42,664 bases of DNA from Oscillospiraceae bacterium. Lineage in GTDB: Bacteria > Bacillota > Clostridia > Oscillospirales > Acutalibacteraceae. Shown one piece after another: positions 27,833 to 36,577 of this stretch. The position numbers and the translations under genes are program-made. Below the pieces are notes generated by a model. That model was not told the DNA's origin. It did no database searches and saw only the letters and a list, made by a program, of their open reading frames with translations. The first letter of the stretch is position 1, and every line of letters starts with the position of its first letter. The stretch lies in contig SVOX01000001.1 in the NCBI GenBank assembly GCA_015066165.1, positions 1 to 42,664 of the forward strand. Reading direction: 5' to 3'.

Positions 27833-28056
27833 AGACGGCGATTATTCGCCGTCTTTTTTAATGAATTGCCTTGGGCGTGAATTGGCTTTGCCATGAATTG
27901 TTCGCTTTGCGAACATGAATTAAATTAAATCCTTATGCACCACAGTGCGATTCATGTTGCGCAGCAACAATTTATGTGCTTTAGCACGATTCATAAATCC
28001 GCAGGATTTAATTCATTGCAAAATTACGCTACTGCGAAATTTTGCACTGCGTTCCA
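27833..28056 (+). repeat. Composite intergenic repeat, copy A (terminator hairpin + eight-mini-hairpin array + tail; lacks the TTCACT head)
   Basis: Starts with AAGACGGCGATTATTCGCCGTCTTTTTT. The 192-nt core differs from copy B at 2 positions by eye. The tail TTACGCTACTGCGAAATTTTGCACTGCGTTCC is identical to copy C. Confidence 0.9.
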
Positions 28057-28068
28057 TCGCAACACAAG

Positions 28069-28094
28069 GGGGACGGTTCTATTGTCCCCTTTTA
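28069..28094 (+). terminator. Stand-alone intrinsic terminator-like hairpin between repeat copies
   Basis: GGGGGAC (28069-28075) / GTCCCC (28085-28090) followed by TTTT. No gene lies upstream on either strand. Confidence 0.5.
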
Positions 28095-28112
28095 TATTCC
28101 GTGCCGAAGGCA

Positions 28113-28347
28113 CACCGAAACTCTTCACTATTCACTTTTCACTCTTCACTAAAAAAGACGGCGATTATTCGCCGTCTTTTTTAATGAATTGCCTTGGGCG
28201 TGAATTGGCTTTGCCATGAATTGTTCGCTTTGCGAACATGAATTAAATTAAATCCTTATGCACCACAGTGCAATTCATGTTGCGCAGCAACAATTTATGT
28301 GCTTTAGCACAATTCATAAATCCGCAGGATTTAATTCATTGCAAAAA
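28113..28347 (+). repeat. Composite intergenic repeat, copy B (TTCACT heptad head + terminator + mini-hairpin array; tail replaced)
   Basis: The head carries four phased heptads (C/A/T)TTCACT at 28124-28151. The core is identical to copies A and C apart from 2 substitutions each. It diverges after ...AATTCATTGCAAAA into the operon terminator. Confidence 0.9.
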
Positions 28348-28367
28348 AGACGGCAATCAGCCGTCCT
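28344..28367 (-). terminator. Intrinsic terminator of the nine-gene catabolic operon
   Basis: Minus strand reads GGACGGC-TGATT-GCCGTC followed by TTTTTT. It lies 28 nt after the stop of 28395..29066. Confidence 0.8.
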
Positions 28368-28394
28368 TTTTGCATTGTGTTACATCACGAATTT

Positions 28395-29066
28395 TTAATA
28401 TTCATTACAAAGGAGATACAGCGGTTGCTCATCCTCTTCGATTTGGGCAAAGCGGCCAACCTTATCATAAAAACAGTTATCGTTTGCATCGTCGTTACAC
28501 ATAGAAACCTCGCCCACAATAACGTATCCTTTGCCTTCTTCACCCCAAAACCTGTGATAAAGACCTTTTGTAAGAGTGATGCTTTGACCGGGAGTAAGCT
28601 TTACAATATATCCTGCGGGGAAGGTGTGACGAACGCCGTCTATCGAAACTGTAACGTCAGTATCGGCAAGACAGTTATTTTCATCCGAATTGTAGAGCTT
28701 TATCATAAGATTACCACCACCGCGGTTTATGATGTCCTCCATCTTATACCAATGATAATGCATAGGTGTTACCTGATTTTCAGCAACTATCATAAGCTTT
28801 TCGGCATACGGTTTGGGATATTTTTCGGGATTTTTTTGACTTCCGTTTCTAAGCGTTATGAGAAAAAGTCCCACTTTACTAAAATTGCCGCTACCAAAAT
28901 CGGTAATATCCCAACCGAGTGCATTTTCTCTTATTTCGTCCGCTTCCGATCCCTTTGTTTGCCACTCCTCAGGCGTCCAAAAAAGAAACTCGGGTAACGA
29001 TATTTTATACTCTTTAAAAAGCTTTAAAGCGTTTTTTATAGCACTGTTAATTTCTGACCTTTTCAT
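28395..29066 (-). CDS. D-lyxose/D-mannose family sugar isomerase (cupin)
   Basis: The tracked ORF extends to 29129. ATG 29066 (MKRSEINSAI...) has GGAG upstream. ...GWDITDFGSGNF...LRNG...YAEKLMIVAENQVTPMHYHWYKMEDIINRGGGNL...GEVSMCNDDANDN...LLCNEY closely parallels the E. coli O157 D-lyxose isomerase as I recall it. Confidence 0.85.
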   Translation of the reverse strand: MKRSEINSAIKNALKLFKEYKISLPEFLFWTPEEWQTKGSEADEIRENALGWDITDFGSGNFSKVGLFLITLRNGSQKNPEKYPKPYAEKLMIVAENQVTPMHYHWYKMEDIINRGGGNLMIKLYNSDENNCLADTDVTVSIDGVRHTFPAGYIVKLTPGQSITLTKGLYHRFWGEEGKGYVIVGEVSMCNDDANDNCFYDKVGRFAQIEEDEQPLYLLCNEY

Positions 29067-29080
29067 ATAAAAATCTCCAA

Positions 29081-30880
29081 TTAACCCTTTTTCCAGCGTT
29101 GAATTACACAGGTAACTCTTCCGCCACATTCGTTGATGATTTCATAATCACCAAAGGAAGCGGGGATAACCAAGGTTGAAAACTTATCACACTCTGCCGA
29201 AAGCTCTGGATTAGACTTTGAGCGAACAGTTACCTTTGTAGCAACGGTAGGAGTGAACATATGCATAAACTTGCCTTCGGTGGAGTATTCTGCCTTTTTC
29301 TCAAAGTGAATTCTCTCTACATGATAGGGCATAACCGAATGAGTTTTATAGCGGTCCACAAAATATTCAGGTGTCCACTTTACAACCAACGGAGTTGACA
29401 AAAGGTTATCCTTTACCCAAGATTCGCGACGTGTTTTTTCCATATTTCTGCCGTGTTCAAGATGCATCTTTAAGGGTTTTCCTGTCATAGTTTTCTTTTC
29501 ATCATCCCAAGAAGGACGGGCAAAATCGTACTCGAAGAAAGAATATTCCGTACCATTAATACTTGGGTTTGTATCCATTTCAAGCACCATTTGATTACCG
29601 CCGTGACCGTGCATTGTTCCTGGTGGAATAAGATAAAGGTCGCCTTCCTTACTGTTCCAATTGGCAATAAAATCTTTCCAGTTTTCTATTGGTTTAATAT
29701 TTTGTGATTCTTCACAAAGACGTTCCCATTCTTCGATATCAGCATCATCCTTAAAGCCCATCCAGGTATTAGCGCCCTCGTAAGCTTCGGCTATGTAATA
29801 GGTTTCATAACGACCAAGTGGCTCGTCAAAATGGTCTTCAACATACTTACTGCTTGGGTGAATATGCATAGGCATACTGATACGCTCGGCAGGTTGGGGT
29901 GTTGGATGCCAACCGTCATCAAGCCAAATATCAAGTGGGAAAAGACCCGGGTATTGCTTATTGATAAGCGAACCAACAAGCTCCTCACCATACTGCATAG
30001 CATTTAGCATAGGCATTGAAATACTACGTTCACCGCCAAAGTCGATAAGAATACGAAGCTCTGGACCTGCGATTTTATTCCAAGCGTTATTAGCAAGACC
30101 TTCTACACCGTAATCCATCTGCTCATAGCGATATGCACCCCAAGGACCTGGGCTGAAAATCTTAACCTCGTGTATAGGATATTTAACAAGAGTTGACATT
30201 ATTTCGTCGTACGCCTTGCGAGGCACAAGAACCAAATCATCTTCAAAATAATTTTCAATGTAAAAATCCATTGCTTCATACATATAGTCTTTTTGGCGCT
30301 TTAAGATATAATAATCGGAATAGTTATATTCTTTCCAGCTGTAATCATTTGTAGGATCGGCTTGGCCAAAGGTTGCAAGCTTGCCTGTCCACATATCCCA
30401 TTGTACCTTTTGGTGAGTGTTGTCTATGTAACATTTAACGTCAACAACTTCTGCCAACGCCTTAACGCAGGCGCCCATACCATAGATAATTGAAACACCG
30501 CCCAAAAGTTTTTTCTTTGCGTTTTCTATCGCAGCGGGATTCATAATATCCTCGATAACGCCATTTTTATTAACCTTTCCAAAACCGGGGTCTTCAGTAA
30601 CAAAGGGGGCATTATAAGCGATAATTTCTTCACGCGATAAGAAGAATTCTTGCGCGGGAATAAGCGCTACTTCCCCACCAATTTGCTTGGCAATAGCGCA
30701 AGCGATTTTTTCAAAATCAATTCCGTACCAACCGTCAAGTGCAATAACTCTTGCTCCGCTTTTCACTTTGTCAGCCAAGGCGCTTACTGTCTTATCCCAT
30801 CCAAAAATAACAGAGTCTTTGTTTTTAGCCGAAATTTTAATTTTGTTATCGGCATTTTTAATTGATTCATAAACCGGCAT
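29081..30880 (-). CDS. 599-aa protein: unknown N-terminal domain(s) fused to a PMI-type-I-like cupin (putative aldose/ketose or sugar-phosphate isomerase)
   Basis: His-rich metal-site-like segments ISMPMHIHPS and LIPPGTMHGHGGNQMVLE lie in the C-terminal half. I do not recognise the N-terminal ~250 aa. There is no signal peptide. Confidence 0.45.
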   Translation of the reverse strand: MPVYESIKNADNKIKISAKNKDSVIFGWDKTVSALADKVKSGARVIALDGWYGIDFEKIACAIAKQIGGEVALIPAQEFFLSREEIIAYNAPFVTEDPGFGKVNKNGVIEDIMNPAAIENAKKKLLGGVSIIYGMGACVKALAEVVDVKCYIDNTHQKVQWDMWTGKLATFGQADPTNDYSWKEYNYSDYYILKRQKDYMYEAMDFYIENYFEDDLVLVPRKAYDEIMSTLVKYPIHEVKIFSPGPWGAYRYEQMDYGVEGLANNAWNKIAGPELRILIDFGGERSISMPMLNAMQYGEELVGSLINKQYPGLFPLDIWLDDGWHPTPQPAERISMPMHIHPSSKYVEDHFDEPLGRYETYYIAEAYEGANTWMGFKDDADIEEWERLCEESQNIKPIENWKDFIANWNSKEGDLYLIPPGTMHGHGGNQMVLEMDTNPSINGTEYSFFEYDFARPSWDDEKKTMTGKPLKMHLEHGRNMEKTRRESWVKDNLLSTPLVVKWTPEYFVDRYKTHSVMPYHVERIHFEKKAEYSTEGKFMHMFTPTVATKVTVRSKSNPELSAECDKFSTLVIPASFGDYEIINECGGRVTCVIQRWKKG

Positions 30881-30892
30881 AATAATTCTCCT

Positions 30893-32926
30893 TTAAAATT
30901 TTATTTTTTGCCCTATTTGAGCTTTATAAACTATGTCTTTACTTGTAACCGTGAATTCTTTACCCGTAATCTCTACTGAAAATACTTTTCCGCAAAGCCT
31001 TGCATTTTCTATTTTCATATTAGCGGCAGGGCGGTTTTCTACAGGACAAACCGTAATATTACCGTCAAAATCCGCCCTTATTCCAAAGATGAAAAAGAAT
31101 ATCATCTGAGCGGCTGATACCGAGCTGATATCACCCTGAAGCGGTGTATCTTCGCGGTTTCTTATCATATTAGCGGCACACGAATCGCCCATATACGGCA
31201 TACGCTCGCCCCACCAATACACTCGGCTTAAAATATCGGTTGCCAATTTGTCGTAGCCAATTTCGTAAAGCTGACCGCAAATTTGCATTGTAAAGTGGGT
31301 ACAAATTCCTCCGCCACCGTTATCGATATCCTCTTGGTCGTAGGCAATATCAAGCTTTGACATACTGTGAAGTCCGAATTTCGACAAAAATTCAGTTTCG
31401 TTAAGGTGTGAAATAAGCCCCTCCCGTTCTTTTGCATCAATTACGGGACTATTCAAAAACTTAAACATCTGAACGGTGTAACGTACGTCTCGTTTACCAT
31501 TTGAATCAATAAAATCATACCATTTTATATCATCGTTCCAAAGTGTTTTAAGCTTTTCTTTAAGCCCTAAAGCACGTTCTTTAAGGTCGTCGCAGGGCAT
31601 TTTTGCCACATTGCAAAGTTCCCACACTCGCATATAATTCATATACCTTCTGGCATTTAGGTCGGGCATAATGCCATCATAAAGTATGCCTCGGCGAAGC
31701 TCTAAATGGTCAAAACCGCTCTTGCCGTAATTGAATAAAGAGTTACCATCCTTACCTTCATCACAAGCGTAAGCATAATGTTTCATCCATTCAAGCACCG
31801 TCTTGCCCTCAACCACTTGGAACAAAAATTCTTTTTCGCCCGTAAAAAGCACGTGGTAGTAAACCATACAAATGATTTTTTCTTGGTTCACCTGATACCA
31901 AGGCCCCACCTTACCCGCAGTTACGGGATTTAGGGCATAAGAGGTTGTAAGGTCATTTTTAAGATAAGCCAAAAGTTGTTTTTTATTGCCAAAGGTATCG
32001 TAAATTGGGTGTATCATCAGTCCGCCGCAATAATCCCAAAGATATGAACACATACAAGCGCCGTTAATACTGCCTGTACTAAAATAAGGCACAGCACAAA
32101 GGTCGCTGTTTTCCCAACGGCAAAGCATATATGTAACAAGTGAGCGGTAGTATAGGTTATCGAGCGCTTTGTTATCGCTTGAAAGGTGTGGCAGATTATC
32201 GTAAATTCTTTTAGATTCTTTCGAAAACCACTCAAACGAGCTTTGCATAAAATCATAAAAATCAAAATTTTCCAAATTTTCGCCTTTTAAAACCGCTTCT
32301 TTTTTATCAAACTGTACCGTTATAAAAACCGTATATTCGCCGTTTGGATTTAATGTGATTTCACCCTCTAAAAGACGGGCTAACTTAAAAAGCTTTACGG
32401 GAATTGACACGGTAATATTCATACCGCAATCATCGGTTTCCAAATACACACCGTTTTTTTGCGGTATAGTATTTGTCACCAAGTTTTTTGCTGTTTGCGG
32501 ACCTAAAAAATCCCAGTTACTTTCATACCGTGGGTTTGCGGTGTATTCAATTTGAAAAGGTAGGGTTAAGACTTTGCTTGTTTTATTTTTATAGGTCACA
32601 CCCATTACAAAACGGCGACTTTTCGGCACTACCGCAGTAATGGTTTCTATCGTAAAATCGGCAGTCTCACCCACACGCTTCATAGCGTTCGGAAGCCATA
32701 CCCATTCTTTCACTTTTACCCTTTCGCCATTTGTTACAACGTCAAGGTGAAATCCCGTATCGGTATATGGACATCCCTGAAAACAGTCGGCGGCCGCCAC
32801 CGAATATTCGGGAGTACGAAGCGAAGAAACATCTGCGCAAATGCCCAAATCCTTTTCTTCTAAAATTGAAAATTCACCTTTAAAAGCGTAAACACTGTTT
32901 TCAAAATAAGAATTATATCTTTTCAT
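30893..32926 (-). CDS. Putative (alpha/alpha)6-barrel glycoside hydrolase, GH63 / MGH1 / GDE_C-like
   Basis: The tracked start is GTG 32938. ATG 32926 is preceded by GAGGGTG. The C-terminal half carries ...FLSKFGLHSMSKLDIAYDQ... (compare GLRSLS..DP.Y of GDE_C/GH63-type toroids) and an aromatic-rich helical region. There is no signal peptide. The family call is tentative. Confidence 0.4.
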   Translation of the reverse strand: MKRYNSYFENSVYAFKGEFSILEEKDLGICADVSSLRTPEYSVAAADCFQGCPYTDTGFHLDVVTNGERVKVKEWVWLPNAMKRVGETADFTIETITAVVPKSRRFVMGVTYKNKTSKVLTLPFQIEYTANPRYESNWDFLGPQTAKNLVTNTIPQKNGVYLETDDCGMNITVSIPVKLFKLARLLEGEITLNPNGEYTVFITVQFDKKEAVLKGENLENFDFYDFMQSSFEWFSKESKRIYDNLPHLSSDNKALDNLYYRSLVTYMLCRWENSDLCAVPYFSTGSINGACMCSYLWDYCGGLMIHPIYDTFGNKKQLLAYLKNDLTTSYALNPVTAGKVGPWYQVNQEKIICMVYYHVLFTGEKEFLFQVVEGKTVLEWMKHYAYACDEGKDGNSLFNYGKSGFDHLELRRGILYDGIMPDLNARRYMNYMRVWELCNVAKMPCDDLKERALGLKEKLKTLWNDDIKWYDFIDSNGKRDVRYTVQMFKFLNSPVIDAKEREGLISHLNETEFLSKFGLHSMSKLDIAYDQEDIDNGGGGICTHFTMQICGQLYEIGYDKLATDILSRVYWWGERMPYMGDSCAANMIRNREDTPLQGDISSVSAAQMIFFFIFGIRADFDGNITVCPVENRPAANMKIENARLCGKVFSVEITGKEFTVTSKDIVYKAQIGQKIKF

Positions 32927-32934
32927 TTTCACCC

Positions 32935-33933
32935 TCACGCCATAGTTTCAAGCATTTTTAAGGTTACTTCGTAGCTTGTGGCTTCGCCCTTTGAAAAAGC
33001 AATATATTCATCTATCATATACTGCGCCATTCGGTGTATTTCCTTGCCGCCGCTCCCTGCTATATGGGGTGTTAAAATGCAATTGGGAAGGGTGTACAGT
33101 TCACTCGAATTTACGGGAGGTTCGGGCTCGGTCACATCGAGCAGTGCAGTAATATCGTCACGCTTTTTAAGAACCTCTATCATTTCGTTCTCCTTTACCT
33201 GCGCGCCGCGACCAGTATTTATAAAGGTGGCGTATTTTGGCATTGAAGCCAACAATTCACCTGTTATCATACCTTGGGTTTTGGGATTATCGGCAAGGTG
33301 GTTTGAAACTACGTTACATTCTTTGAAAATTTCTTCTAAAGATGCTTTTCGGGCGCCATATTTTGCAATTACAGCTTCATCCACAAAAGCATCAAAAACC
33401 AAAACCTCTACATCGTAGTCCATAAGCTTTTTAAGAACAAGTTTGCCTATCATCCCAGCTCCCAAAATACCTACCTTTGCGCCGTAATTACCGGGGTAAA
33501 TATCACAAAATTCACGCATTCTTTCAAAATTTTCGCTTTTTTTATAATTTTGTGTTTTAAAAAAGCCCTTATTAGCAAGAATAATTTGCGCCGTGGTATA
33601 TTCGGCAACGGGTACCGCATTCGCGGCCCAAGCCGAAAAAACCTTTACACCACAGTTTAAAAACGGTTTTGCAAAGCGCTGAACACTGCCTGCGGCATAG
33701 AAAATTGCCTTTAAATTTGGAAAATATTCTTTAATTTCAGCTTCGGAATATTCCTGCATACCCCAAGTAGCAAAAGCTATTTCAGCTTCTTTGGGATTTA
33801 CTTGTCCAGAAAGAATTTTTTCTTTTGTAAAAACTTCGAATTTTACGTTTGTTATATCAATCAATCTTTGTATAAGCTCTTCGCCGTAAACCTTTTTTAC
33901 TCCACGTTCAAGACCTAAAAATATAGCTTTCAT
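32935..33933 (-). CDS. D-isomer-specific 2-hydroxyacid dehydrogenase family protein (NAD-binding)
   Basis: ATG 33933 (MKAIFLGLERG...) lies 1 nt after the upstream stop, with GGGTGA before it. The dinucleotide fold is GILGAGMIGKLV..., followed by ...NTGRG... and TPHIAGS. Confidence 0.75.
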   Translation of the reverse strand: MKAIFLGLERGVKKVYGEELIQRLIDITNVKFEVFTKEKILSGQVNPKEAEIAFATWGMQEYSEAEIKEYFPNLKAIFYAAGSVQRFAKPFLNCGVKVFSAWAANAVPVAEYTTAQIILANKGFFKTQNYKKSENFERMREFCDIYPGNYGAKVGILGAGMIGKLVLKKLMDYDVEVLVFDAFVDEAVIAKYGARKASLEEIFKECNVVSNHLADNPKTQGMITGELLASMPKYATFINTGRGAQVKENEMIEVLKKRDDITALLDVTEPEPPVNSSELYTLPNCILTPHIAGSGGKEIHRMAQYMIDEYIAFSKGEATSYEVTLKMLETMA

Positions 33934-33934
33934 A

Positions 33935-34681
33935 CTATTCACCCACAATTCTTTTAAGTGCTGCCGACTCTGCTTCAAGCGAAGCAATTTTGCCGTCGGG
34001 CATAAATTCCAAAAGCAAGGTTTTATCCTTTTTGAAGCACTTTAAATACTCTTTCCAAGTGTCCGTGCCGTCACAAAGTGGAAATTTTTGCTTTTCCTTC
34101 CAATTAAAGACGTGCAAATGCTCGGTATAAGGCGACAAAGCAGTTGCATAATTTATATTTTCTTCTACCGTTCTAAACTGATTTGGTTGCCAATACATTA
34201 AAAAATGCTTAGAATTTACTGCTTTTATAAGTGAAAGTGCCGACTCCTTGGTATCGGTATAGGTCCAGTTATGGCACTCAAGACAAAGCCTTACGTTGTG
34301 TTTTTGAGCAATATTTGCCGCCTTTTTACATTCTTCAAAAAGAAATTCGGTTTCACTTTTTGAATACTCTGCCGAGCCCTTATTGCCGCACCAAAGCCGT
34401 AAAATATCAGTGCCGAGTATTTTCGCCGCTTTTATATAACCCTCAAGCTCTTTAGTATCATCTACACCAAGATTAAAATAGGTACCGTATGAGCAACACT
34501 TTATTCCGTATTCTTTTTGCATTTTTACAATTTCTTCGAGCTTTTTTATATCATCCTTGGGTGCGTGAATATCACTTCCCCATTCAATAACCGAAAGTCC
34601 TGCTTTTTGCATAGCTTCAAGTATTTCTTTTGCGGAGTGTTCCCTAAAAGAAATAGAAACCAAACCCAAACTGTAAGACAT
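33935..34681 (-). CDS. Xylose-isomerase-like TIM-barrel protein (sugar phosphate isomerase/epimerase family)
   Basis: 248 aa. Pattern: ...GLSVIEWGSDIH...LRLWCG...LCLECHNWTY...MYWQPN.... Confidence 0.7.
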   Translation of the reverse strand: MSYSLGLVSISFREHSAKEILEAMQKAGLSVIEWGSDIHAPKDDIKKLEEIVKMQKEYGIKCCSYGTYFNLGVDDTKELEGYIKAAKILGTDILRLWCGNKGSAEYSKSETEFLFEECKKAANIAQKHNVRLCLECHNWTYTDTKESALSLIKAVNSKHFLMYWQPNQFRTVEENINYATALSPYTEHLHVFNWKEKQKFPLCDGTDTWKEYLKCFKKDKTLLLEFMPDGKIASLEAESAALKRIVGE

Positions 34682-34693
34682 ATACTTTTCTCC

Positions 34694-36577
34694 CTAATAA
34701 ACGTTTTTATTATCTCTGTAGCTGCGCCAAATATTTTCAAAAAAGTCGTCATTTTGCGGAATTGGTCGAACGTTGCGCCAAGACGACGTAAAACCATTTT
34801 TAGTAATAACCGTTTCTTGCACCTTTAAACGTGAAGCGCCGCTTTCTTCGGTAAAACGAAAAACTTCTTCAAGTCCGTTTCGTAAATTGCCGTTTTCATC
34901 GAAACACAAACTCGAGCCACGGGTATCCTTTACCGTTTGGGCGTAGTTTATCATAGCGTTAAGTAACGCTTTTTGCGTTGTTACAATATCCTTATATTTG
35001 TAATAAAGATATACACGTGACCTATCGCTTACCGTAGCGTTTTTATAGTCTGCGCCTACAAGCATATCGGTCATTTTTGCTTTGTTCCTTATAGCGCCTG
35101 CGCAATCACTCATATTACGCTGTGCTGATAAAATCAGTTCTTCTACGTTATCTGTATTCCCGATTACTGCCTTAATCTCTTTTTGGGTTTCTTCTTCGAC
35201 ACAGCTTAAAACAATTTGAAAATCCTCTTGCGAAATTATCTCATTTCCGTTTTGAGCAATATACTGCGCTGCGCGAAGACTGCCCACCTGCCCTGCATTT
35301 AACGCACTGCCACCGGGACGGGTCACGCCGTGAGTACCTGCGCATTCGCCCGCACAGAATAAGCCCTTAACACTTGTTTGCCACCACATATCAACCGCAA
35401 TACCGCCGTTATTATGTTGGGCACAAAGGGCAATTTCAAGATACTCTTTAGTTATATCCAAACCCTTGCCTTTATAAAGTTCAATAGCGGGGGTATTCAT
35501 TTTTTGAAGGCGCTCAATAGGCGTACCAAACAGCGCCTCGGCTTTATTCAAGTAATCGAATGCCTCTTTGGATAATTTGTTATATTCGATATCTTCTAAA
35601 CCAAAGGGATTTTTAGTAAAATCAAGATATACCCTGCGGTTTTTAAGCACACATTCACGATAAACAAGCAAATCAATAACCGAAGAACCTTCTAAAATCT
35701 TTTTAGAATCAAAAGGCCACTGATATCCCTTTAAGAAAACGAGCGATAACGCTTCATATATATCTTCAAAATAATCGGCCAAAAACTCATACTCGTTACC
35801 GTCTTTATCAACCGAAACAAAACGAGGTAAAACCTGCATATACGTGCCCGAAACGTTCCAACGGGGGTTAATTGATGCTAAACCGTACTGCCACTCGGTA
35901 AGGTTTTGCGCTTTGGCGCCTGCTAAAAGTGCAAGACTTGTAGTTCCCGTGTGACATTCGGGATATACACTATCGGCATAAATTCCCGCAGGACCTCCCG
36001 TGCACATAACGATATCGGCACACTTAAATGCCACAAGAATACCGTTTTTCTTTTCTATACACAAAAGACCGCAAACTACATCTTTATACTTTAAAACTTT
36101 AATAGCAAGGTAACCACTATATATTTCTACGCCCAGATTTTGAGCATTTTTTTGCAATGCCTCGGTCATAAATTTAGAGGTAAGAGGTCCTGCCGAGGTT
36201 GCTCTGGCATAAGGGTCGTGGTCGGTTTTATAGCCAACGTATTCGCCGTAACGGTTTACGGGAAACTCCACACCCAATTCACACAAATTCATAAAACAGC
36301 GTGTAGAAAGCGCCGCTTCGCAAAGAGCGTTATCACCATCGACACCGCACCCTGCAAAAAGGTTTTCCGCCATTTTATAAACGCTGTCGGCGGTATCACC
36401 GCCAAGACCTAATTTATAATATGTTTGCTTATCGCTGCCTGTATTACGTGATGTTCCACATCCTACAGCTTCGGTAACTATGGCAACATTTTTACCAAAC
36501 TGCTTAAGTCGGCAAGCGGCGTTATACCCTGCAGCACCCGTGCCGATTACGACCGCATCGTATGTATATATTTTCAT
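34694..36577 (-). CDS. FAD-binding flavoprotein oxidoreductase (fumarate reductase/succinate dehydrogenase/L-aspartate oxidase-type FAD_binding_2 fold)
   Basis: 627 aa. The N-terminus is YDAVVIGTGAAGYNAACRL..., and a late FCAGECAGTHGVTRPGGSALN segment is typical of this fold. There is no signal peptide. Confidence 0.65.
   Translation of the reverse strand: MKIYTYDAVVIGTGAAGYNAACRLKQFGKNVAIVTEAVGCGTSRNTGSDKQTYYKLGLGGDTADSVYKMAENLFAGCGVDGDNALCEAALSTRCFMNLCELGVEFPVNRYGEYVGYKTDHDPYARATSAGPLTSKFMTEALQKNAQNLGVEIYSGYLAIKVLKYKDVVCGLLCIEKKNGILVAFKCADIVMCTGGPAGIYADSVYPECHTGTTSLALLAGAKAQNLTEWQYGLASINPRWNVSGTYMQVLPRFVSVDKDGNEYEFLADYFEDIYEALSLVFLKGYQWPFDSKKILEGSSVIDLLVYRECVLKNRRVYLDFTKNPFGLEDIEYNKLSKEAFDYLNKAEALFGTPIERLQKMNTPAIELYKGKGLDITKEYLEIALCAQHNNGGIAVDMWWQTSVKGLFCAGECAGTHGVTRPGGSALNAGQVGSLRAAQYIAQNGNEIISQEDFQIVLSCVEEETQKEIKAVIGNTDNVEELILSAQRNMSDCAGAIRNKAKMTDMLVGADYKNATVSDRSRVYLYYKYKDIVTTQKALLNAMINYAQTVKDTRGSSLCFDENGNLRNGLEEVFRFTEESGASRLKVQETVITKNGFTSSWRNVRPIPQNDDFFENIWRSYRDNKNVY

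Noticed and set aside
27833-28347. Possible CRISPR array, suggested by many short palindromes at semi-regular spacing
   Set aside because: The units are 9-15-nt hairpins of differing sequence separated by a 6-7-nt word. They are not 25-40-nt identical repeats with unique spacers. No cas genes are in the window, and the whole block recurs as a unit at 41.4 kb.
27935-28504. Tracked ORFs inside the repeat copies (27935..28219, 27945..28184, 28268..28504), plus 41281..41508, which runs from the araC 3' end into copy C
   Set aside because: They have no SD, cross intrinsic terminator hairpins, and exist only because the repeat happens to lack stops. The peptide ...MNCLGRELALP is duplicated as a by-product of the DNA repeat. 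I treat these as non-coding repeat sequence.
28377-28997. 206-aa plus-strand ORF overlapping the D-lyxose isomerase gene
   Set aside because: It is antisense to a gene with a very clear family match, has low-complexity hydrophobic or odd composition, and has no SD.
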